64,000 bases of DNA from the human T2T-CHM13v2.0 reference genome, Homo sapiens: the NCBI RefSeq assembly GCF_009914755.1, contig NC_060942.1. One strand, written 5' to 3'. Shown in pieces: positions 54,651 to 64,000 of this stretch. How positions within the stretch are numbered: the first letter of the stretch is position 1; every line of letters begins with the position of its first letter. The notes beneath the pieces were generated by a model. That model did no database searches. It was not told where the DNA came from and saw only the letters and a list, made by a program, of their open reading frames with translations. Both the position numbers and the translations under genes were made by a program.

Positions 54651-56709
54651 CAGCCACAGGTAATACTCTCCGGTAAACATATAACTTGAGGAAAATTGAA
54701 TTAGGTTAATGCTGGAATAGAAAACCAGGGCAGTGCCTGCTCTTTTTGGATAATTCTGTATAAACAATGAGAAAGTCTCAGGCTGCCTTAGACAAAGGCT
54801 GAGACGGGAGCTCCTGATGATTTTTATGAGGGGGAAGAGGAGATGGTGAGGAGGAGGGCACCGAGCATGTGCAGCAACTTGAAGCATGTCAGAAAGAACA
54901 TTTGCCAGAAATCTTCAAAACCGTGGCGGTCGGTAATGTGTGAAATTGAACTTCTGACCCTGTTTGCTTGATGGCGACTTCTCGTTGTGCTTGAGAATTG
55001 TGTGGCATTGGGTCCCTGGATGTGGGAGGAACAGCAAAGTGGTTTAGTGAATAGAGAGGGAAGTGCCTTCCTTTTTGGGTGGGACTTGCCATGATAGAGC
55101 CTGGGCCGTCACCTTAAAAGGAGATGTTTCTGTTGAGAGATGGAAAATTGGCAAGACAAACGCCATAAACCTTAACCTGTTTATAATTCCTTACCTGTAA
55201 GCTGCTTTGCACGCAAGGTGATGGTTCTACCTCATAAGGGACAAGGAAGAACAGCACATAAACCTGACTGAATGGAGTGTGGCTGTGGGTGGGAGCAGCT
55301 TTACAAGAAGGAAACGGGGCCCCCTCCTGAGACACCCCCGTTTGCTTCTGCTCCTTCCTTGCCATTGACGTGCCCTTCTCCTGAAACTACCCACACCTGT
55401 GTTTGGCAACAAGCGGCTGCCCCTTGATCCAGATGCATTTTTCAACTTGCGAACTCTCACCTCTTGCCAAGGGACCCAAGTACCTGGTTAATGATCTTTA
55501 ATGTAAATGATCCTTTGCCTTGATTAACATTGAGCTGGGTTAGTATGCACAGGCCGAGCTCCGTGGTCCTCCCATGTGATCCCTTCCCTGCCAGCCACCT
55601 GCCCACCTGTAGGAACTGGGCATGGCCAGTTTTCTCTTTATGTGCTCTCTTTGCCTTGGATGGAATTTGGGCTGAGACCGATGAGGTGGAACCAAAGCTG
55701 TTCAGCAGAAGAGAGCAACCACAGAGCAGCCTGTTGGGTGGAGGGCTTGAGGGTTCCTAAAATCCGAGGACTTTCTGGTGAGCCTCTCCCCTGAGCCTGC
55801 TTGAGGGAAGGCGCTGCCCCACACACTCTCCAGTGGGTGGGGGTGGGGGTGGCAGCGGCTGATCAAAGGTTCTCACCTGCAAGTGATAATAGCCTGGGTC
55901 TCTTTGGCACCAACCTGCCTTCTTCACCTTTCTGCTCAGACACCCCTTGGCACCCCTACATAAAGGAAAGAGCTGTCTGGATGGCCTAGTAACTGTAGGA
56001 TAGGTAAAGTTAGCCCTTTCTTCTGACCTAGATATGTGATGGTGGTATTTCTACATGTTTATGTCGAGAACTTTACAAAGATGAAAGAAAAGCTTTCAGA
56101 GCTGCAGAAATGAGAGGTGGCCCTTTTTTAAAATTTATTTTAAGAAACAACTTTTAAAACCACTTTTTGAAAAATTGGATGGCACCGTCCTGCAGCCTAT
56201 CAGATTTCCCTTGAGAACTGGGGATTATTGGCTTATTCCTTGCTACCTCCAATCCCAAATTAAGCAGAGTGACATGTAAGAAGCTGGGTACATCAGCCTA
56301 AAGCGTTTATCAGGTATGTCCTTCCCAACTGGATCTTTTCTACTCCCTGGCCCGAATTTTGTTTTAGGGAATGGGGCCTATTTTAATTGCTGGTGGCAAA
56401 AGGATCCCTGGGCAGTGTTTCCATGGTCCTCTAAGGTGGAGTGTCGGGGAGCTGGGGGACACACAGTGGTCATGGGTTATCTGTCTTGGCCTCTTTCCCA
56501 GACCAAGTTCTGTCTCATGCTTATTGGTTTGGCTGCTAGTTATAGAATCTGATGTTTACCTTAGAATCCTAGGATGGAAAGGGTTAAGAATGATTTCTAA
56601 TTTGAATTCCTTGTTTCTAGGGAGTTATTAAACCTATACATTACATTTATTATTTTACAAAGCACTAATTCATAATAGTTGACAGGAACAACTATTTTTT
56701 GGCTTCTTT

Positions 56710-57078
<369 letters not shown>

Positions 57079-57177
57079 TAAACAACTAATAAAAATAGTT
57101 GTTTAATCCACGTTGACATCTTCTTACATTGCGATAGAAATTTTGATATATTTATCCATATGATGAATTGCTTAAAG

Positions 57178-57400
57178 CCGGTGGTTCTCAACCAGTGGCA
57201 GTTTTGCCTTCTCTCCCACAAGGGACATTTGACACTATCTGGGGACATTTTTCATTGTCATATTCAAGGGAGTGGGGTGTGAAGCTGGCAAGCATCTAGT
57301 GTGTAGAGGCCTGGGTGCTGCTCCACTTTCTACATTGCACAGGATGGCACCTGACACACAGCCTAAAGCGTCGGTACTGGTTGACCGTATACGAAATGCT
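57178..57400. mobile_element. MER20-like relic followed by a short Alu-left-arm fragment (57409-57493)
   Basis: gtggttctcaacc..tggcagttttgcc...gggacatttgaca..atctggggacatttt..attgtca. Confidence 0.7.
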
Positions 57401-57724
57401 GTGGAAGACCAGGCACGGTGGCTCACGCTTGTAATCCCGGCACTTTAGGAGGCTGGGGCATGAGGATTGCTTGAGCCCAGCAGTTTGAGACCATGTTTAA
57501 GTTTAAGTTCATTTAAGTTCTCTGAAGTGGTGATTCTGATGCTATATAGATGAAGGTTGGTTTGTTGAAGAGCTGACTCTGGTATTTCATCCAACATCTG
57601 CATTTTTCTTTAGCTAAGGATGCCTTGAGAAACATTCTAGTCTCTTAGGCCTGAATTTGTTATTAGCTTAATAGCTTTCCTCTGGTTGAATTTAAATGGA
57701 AAGAAAATTGCATCTTGCAACAGG

Positions 57725-57935
57725 AAAAAGAACATTAGGGAAAAACTGAGGAAATGGAAATAAAGTGTGGAATTTTGTTAATAATAAATCAACCTTGATG
57801 CATTAATTGTGAGACATGTCCTGAACCAATGTAGATCTTAATAATAGGGGAAACTGGCTTCAGGGTACGTGGGGACTCTATCTTATCTTTATAATAATTC
57901 TCTAAGTCTGAAACAAAAAAGTTTATTAAAAAAGC
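57725..57935 (+). mobile_element. L1M 3' end fragment
   Basis: gaaaaactgaggaaat..aaataaagtgtgga.ttt.gttaataata...taataataggggaaactgg...gg.actct. Confidence 0.6.
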
Positions 57936-58945
57936 ACAAACAAAATTGCTGCCATTTTGTTAACAGATATAGTAGTCAATCTTACTGTTTTCTTTTTCTT
58001 TGAAATAGGCTGCTGCAAAGGTATGTTCTTTGTTATCTCGGCTCTCTGCTCAGGGTAGCCATGAAATGGCTCTTTTAAAAATGTGCCCAGATAATTTTGA
58101 ACCATTTCAAACCATATTATGTGATTTTAATTTATTTTCCATTGCATTCACTAACTCATTTCTGGGTGATGTATTTAAAAGACTAGACAGAATTTACAGG
58201 TTTAAAAAGTTACATTAACAGAAAATGTAGGTGCCAGTTGAAATACTGTCAACTGGAAGTGCTACCAGCAATGTGCTAGCTGGACAATGGGACTTGTCCC
58301 ATTTTTTTGCTGGGTGACAGCTATCACTGCCTCAGGGAGGCTGGTGCCATTTAATGCCTCTGATAATCAGAATAAGTAATTGTGGCTTCTGGGTCTGTAA
58401 AGCCACAAAATACATATGCAGGCCTATTTTAATTGACGGTAAGTCATGAAATACACTATTTTCGTATTAAGATAACGTGGATATGTTATGGAACAAAGTT
58501 AAAAATTAGCATGAATTTTTAAAGTACTACTGGAGATTGTTGGCTTTAGGTTCGTGAACCCCATTCCTGCCCCCACACTCCTGTTAGTGGGGCTACCAGA
58601 GGGGCCAGTATGAAAAGCACTGGACTTACAGATGAAAGAACTTGAGCTGGAATCAATTCGAGTCACTTACCTTCGCTACAGGTGGGCAGAGGAGTCATCC
58701 TGCAATTTTGTTGTGAAAACAGAATGAGATAATATAAAATGTATTTGAATACAGTGAGGTCTGTACAGATGCTGAATCTATTACTTTGCAGTAGGAGTCA
58801 GGTGTGGCCCCACTTCCCCACCTTCTTACCTACTTGTATCTTAGATCTTATATATATTGATATTCACTTTTGGTGGACTAAGGTTGTCTTTGTTGCAAAC
58901 CTGGACTCTCTTGTATTCTTGCTCAGTGTGTGTATGTTAATGTTA

Positions 58946-59368
<423 letters not shown>

Positions 59369-60880
59369 TTAACAGTTTACTATCTTTATTGCTACTGAAG
59401 GCAGTTAAATATTTCTTGGCAGTCCTTTTTTATTTAGCATATACCATCAGGGATGACAATAGAAACAGGTTTCAAAGTCAGGTGAAATAATGTTTCTCTA
59501 TATGAGTTCACCACTAACTTGATACACAGTTTATGTTTATGTTTATGTTCTTATTACGTTCGTGTATTAAGGCAACCTTTCATCCCTGCCCCCTAATAGG
59601 TAACTGTCTTTATTTGTTCTGGGATTATCCCTCCTCCATTGCCCTTTTTGGAAAGAGTATGGATATATTTGTATTTTCTCTTACTCATAAAGCAGCACAT
59701 GGTACATACTGTTCTGAGCCCTGGTTTTCTTTTTTTCACTTAGCGTTGTATACTGGAACTCACTCAATGTCAGTATACAGAGAATTCCCTTGTCTTTTTA
59801 TAACTCTGTGCTATACGCTGACGGAAGTTCATTCAGTCAGTCCCCTATTGATGGACACTTGAGTTATTCTCAGACTTGTCCATTGTTTTGCAAAAATAGC
59901 CCTGGGCATATGTCATTTGGTATTTTTGTCGAGGCATTCCAATAAAAATAAGTAAATTCTTCCTCTCTTGCCTTGAAGATGTGCAGCTCCTCAGTAACCT
60001 TTTATTCTCTAAAGCTCTGTCCTCATCTTTAATCCCTGATTTAAGAGGTGCAGCTCTTCAGGCCATAAACCTTTCTTCCTGCCTCAAGTTTTTAAAGCTA
60101 CAAAGGAACCTAAGAGATCCCTTGTGTTTTACAGCTAAAGGACCTGAGAGCAGGAAACAAAGGGAGAGCCGGAAGCCCAGGTCTCCTGTTCCCTGCCTGG
60201 CAGGTGATATTCTTTCTGTTAAACTCTCTTTCCCTCTGCCTATTATTGGCCAGGCTGTCCTCCAGGACAGTGCTTGCCAAAGTGTGGTCCATGGGCAGCA
60301 GCATCCCCGGAGCTCATCAGCAATGTAAGATGTCAGGCCCTGCCCCAGAGGGGCTGAGATAGAATCTACCAATTACTGGATTCCCTGGGTGACTCATGCA
60401 GTCAGGTTGGAGAAGCGCTGGACTGGTGGCTTTCTCCAGAGGAGCATGCAACAGCGGTTTGCAAACAGGGATGATGCAGTTCCTTTTCAACACGTGGATT
60501 TGCACTTCCTCCTGGTGCGCTCCTCCAGCCTGCCTGTCCTGTTCACACCAGCCTCCCCCTGGAAGGGGTTCAGACTTGATCCTTTGGGTGGTAGGGTCTT
60601 TCTTGGATAGCGTAGCCATCCATTCCTGCTGCATACATTCAACACAGCCTTCATCCTTCGCCATTTGTCTCTGATACTTCATACTCCTTTTGTTTGACAA
60701 GTGCCCTAGCTTTATTTATTTTCTCATCATTGTTGTTAAGGGCCTATTGTGCTTGCTAGTATACACACCACTATGTAAGTTACTAGTTCAATTTATTTGT
60801 TTTACTGCTGCTGTGAGGTGTGTCCATGTGTGCACATCTACCTGTGTTAATAACTGATAATATTGGGCCTCAGTACATAC

Positions 60881-61174
60881 TTTTTTTTTTTAAGAGACAA
60901 GGTTTTACTTCGTCACCCAGGCTGAAGGACTGAGACACACTTGTAGCTCACTGCAGCCTTGAGCTCCTGGACCCAAGTGATCCTCCCACCTTAACCTCCT
61001 GAGTAGCTGGGACTACAGGCACACACCACCACACCAACTAATTTTTTTATTTTTTGTAGAGACGGATTCTTACTGTGTTGCCCAGGCTGGTCTAGAACTC
61101 CTGGCTTCAAGCCATCCTACCACCTCAGCCTTCCAAAGTGCTGGGATGATAGGTGTAAGCCGCCGCACCTGGCC
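60881..61174 (-). mobile_element. Alu (AluJ-like)
   Basis: Poly-T plus dimer; TSD ctcagt(a/g)catact. Confidence 0.92.
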
Positions 61175-61912
61175 CTCAGTGCATACTTAGATATACTTAA
61201 ATAAAAACTTAATTGCAAATTACTTCTTAAATTATCCACAAACTGACTTGGCAGTAAAAGTGACTACAAGTAGTGAAACCACTGTCATAATAAAAATAAA
61301 ATAAAAGTCTTTATTGTTAGATTTAGTATTTCTAATCTCTTACATTTCAGTTTTGGAAGGTAAATTTTTGGGAAGTGGTGGTAATAATCTAAGTATGTCT
61401 AGATTCAGTGATGAGAGCTAGTACACTGTAGGAAAGAGTTGAGCATAACAATATGGAATGTTGGTAAATGTATAGGGGTTTTCTTTTTAAAGACAGCTTT
61501 TTATACAAAGAAACAGATGATCTTTTTTTTTTTTTCTAAACTATGTTAGCTATACCCAAATTAGTAAATGTTAAAATAACCATGACTGGTAAAAACATTT
61601 TGCAATTTTTTTTTTTTTTACTTTTTATATAATTAAATGAAATTCTCCATTTGGTAGTTGATCTCTCAGACAAATTAAGTCTTGCCAGACTGTCTGAGAA
61701 GACTAGTGAATCAGACCCTAAAAACTTGTAGCATTTGAAAAATAACAACTGTGTACTGCAATTTATAAGGGCATAATTAGAGAAAGTTTTTCAGTCTGAA
61801 GATTTATACTAATCTTATCACCCTGGTTTTAGAGAACCCAGTTCAATCCAACTGCTGTGAAAAAGTCACTGCTTTTAGCCACAGAAAATAACCAGTTTCA
61901 TAGAATGACTTA

Positions 61913-62246
<334 letters not shown>

Positions 62247-63394
62247 TGCCTAGCTGACTTTATCATAGATCTGTCTGTACCTTGTAGGCACAAATATATT
62301 TACAAAATAATTAATGGTGATTTACTTATTCACAATAAGCAGTTATTTTGCTTTTGGTGTATATGTGACAAGGTGGTTATGTGGAGTACATAAAGGAGTA
62401 AAGTAAGTCCGTTGACTTCAAGATGCTTACAGTCTAATAGAAACCTTGAAATTTCCACTGGGCAAGGTTTTCTTGGGATTGCTCCAACCAAATGAATGAG
62501 CAGGCGTCTAAGTAAATGAAAATCACTCTCATCACTTTCCTTCACATTATGTTAACTGGTGACAGGTCATGACGCATGGGAATTGCTTATGTTTCTGAGC
62601 TTTAGTCTTGTAAAAATAAGTTTAGATAGTCCATCATGTTCTTCACATTAGACACTCATTACATAAAAGGTTTTATATGTATTGTAGATCTTTCTGAAGG
62701 TCATCTATGTGAATGTTTAAAAAAGAAGCAAGAAGGTGCTATAAAAAGCACTAGAGGTCAAATGGTTTGCGAGACAAAATGAAACTCTCCAGCTCTGAAA
62801 TCCAACAGAGTATGATGAAGAAAGGGAAAAAATAGATCAAAAAATGGCAGGGGAGGAACTCGGCATCAAACCAGTGATAAAGCAGAATGTGGATCAGATC
62901 CAGACATCCAGTAGTCTGTGAGCATCTCCATATGGGATGTTTGGGTTGAGAGTTCAACCCATCAAATACATTTTATCCATAACCATAAGATATTCTAAGA
63001 TCGACCAAGTAGAGTAAGCAATGTAGAATCAAAGGTATCATCTTTATTATGTCCTATTTGTGTTTCCTGCTTTTGAGGTTCTTAGTCCTTTTAATTAACT
63101 CCTAATGAACTAATATAGTTTTGTGGTCACCAGCTTCTAGCTAGTACAGGCACAGTTGTGGGTTGGTAGGAGAATGAGCAGTAAAGCCATGAGCTAACAC
63201 ACCAAGTAATCTGTTGTGTTCACAAATGTCCAAAAGAATAACAGAGATTAAAGAAAGGTAAATACAGCCACCTGGCAAAAATATTTACCCTTTTAAAAAT
63301 GATGGAAGTTATATATAGAAGAAATGTTTTTGGTAAAAATATTTGAAAGTTTGTTTTATAATCATAAGTAGCTTGGGCTATTTTGACTAGAGGG

Positions 63395-63427
63395 GTGTGT
63401 GTGTGTATGTGTGTGTGTGTGTGTGTG
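63395..63427. repeat. (GT)n microsatellite, one interruption
   Basis: gtgtgtgtgtgtatgtgtgtgtgtgtgtgtgtg. Confidence 0.9.
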
Positions 63428-64000
63428 GTTGGCAGGGAGAGAAGGAGGGAGGCAGGCAGCTGGTAGGGACTGTGGAGTGTGTCAGTTGGGAGAGGGAAAT
63501 GAGATGATTAAGTTAGTAAGAATAGAAAACATGTAGGAAGGCGGATCTTGAAATTTCAGGGCTATTCATTAGTCATTAGTTGAAGATTTCACAGAGAAAT
63601 GGTAGAAACCACCAGTAATTAAGAAATAGCATTATTGTTTAAAAAAAAAAAAACTCCCAAACCCTTTCCCTGGCATTCTGGTAGAATATAGTTTTGGTCT
63701 AACCCAGGTCCCCTCTCATTTCCTTTCACATCCCCTTGGTTCTAGCCACGCTAGACTGTCTGGGTTGTCTGTATATGTTCTGATGTTTGTTTTCCTCTGT
63801 GCTGTTCTTCTGGCCTCAGAATCCTAGTGTCCTTGTGCCTCCTTCTGCATATGTCTGGACTTTGCTTAGCTGATGAGATCCAGTTCAGATACCACCTTCT
63901 GTACAATGGCTTCCTTAATTCCTTTAATTTCTCTTAATTGCAATAAAGCTATTTGCAGAGGAATGAAAGATGCTCCCCTTTGCGCTGGGTACAGGATGCA

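Overview
Primate (very likely human) genomic DNA lying inside the 5' half of the E3 ubiquitin ligase gene NEDD4L (Nedd4-2), transcribed on the + strand. Gene identity is recognised from memory of the protein sequence, not from a database search. Three exons are visible. (1) An alternative first exon encoding MRRLAFEQ (7072-7095), with two competing splice donors 10 nt apart; this matches the known rs4149601 cryptic-splice site, and the G allele is present. (2) The 74-nt C2-domain exon (23326-23399, [24 protein letters not shown]). (3) A CpG-rich internal first exon (~53.3-53.64 kb) with an ATG-less open frame that ends in the phase needed to join the next coding exon. The rest is intron with about 20 Alus, MaLR/ERV LTRs, DNA transposon relics, L1/L2/MIR fragments and a 38-copy 41-bp minisatellite that explains all the long ORFs. 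The most unusual structure is a 442-bp, ~98-99% identical copy of unique intronic DNA pasted into an Alu. It forms a direct repeat bracketing the C2 exon. Other candidates are a triple NF-kB-motif repeat, a recursive-splice-like AG|GTAAGT site, a possible 6-nt micro-exon and a strong CTCF motif. No prokaryotic-type system, CRISPR, rRNA or tRNA was seen. Repeat family names are by-eye assignments.
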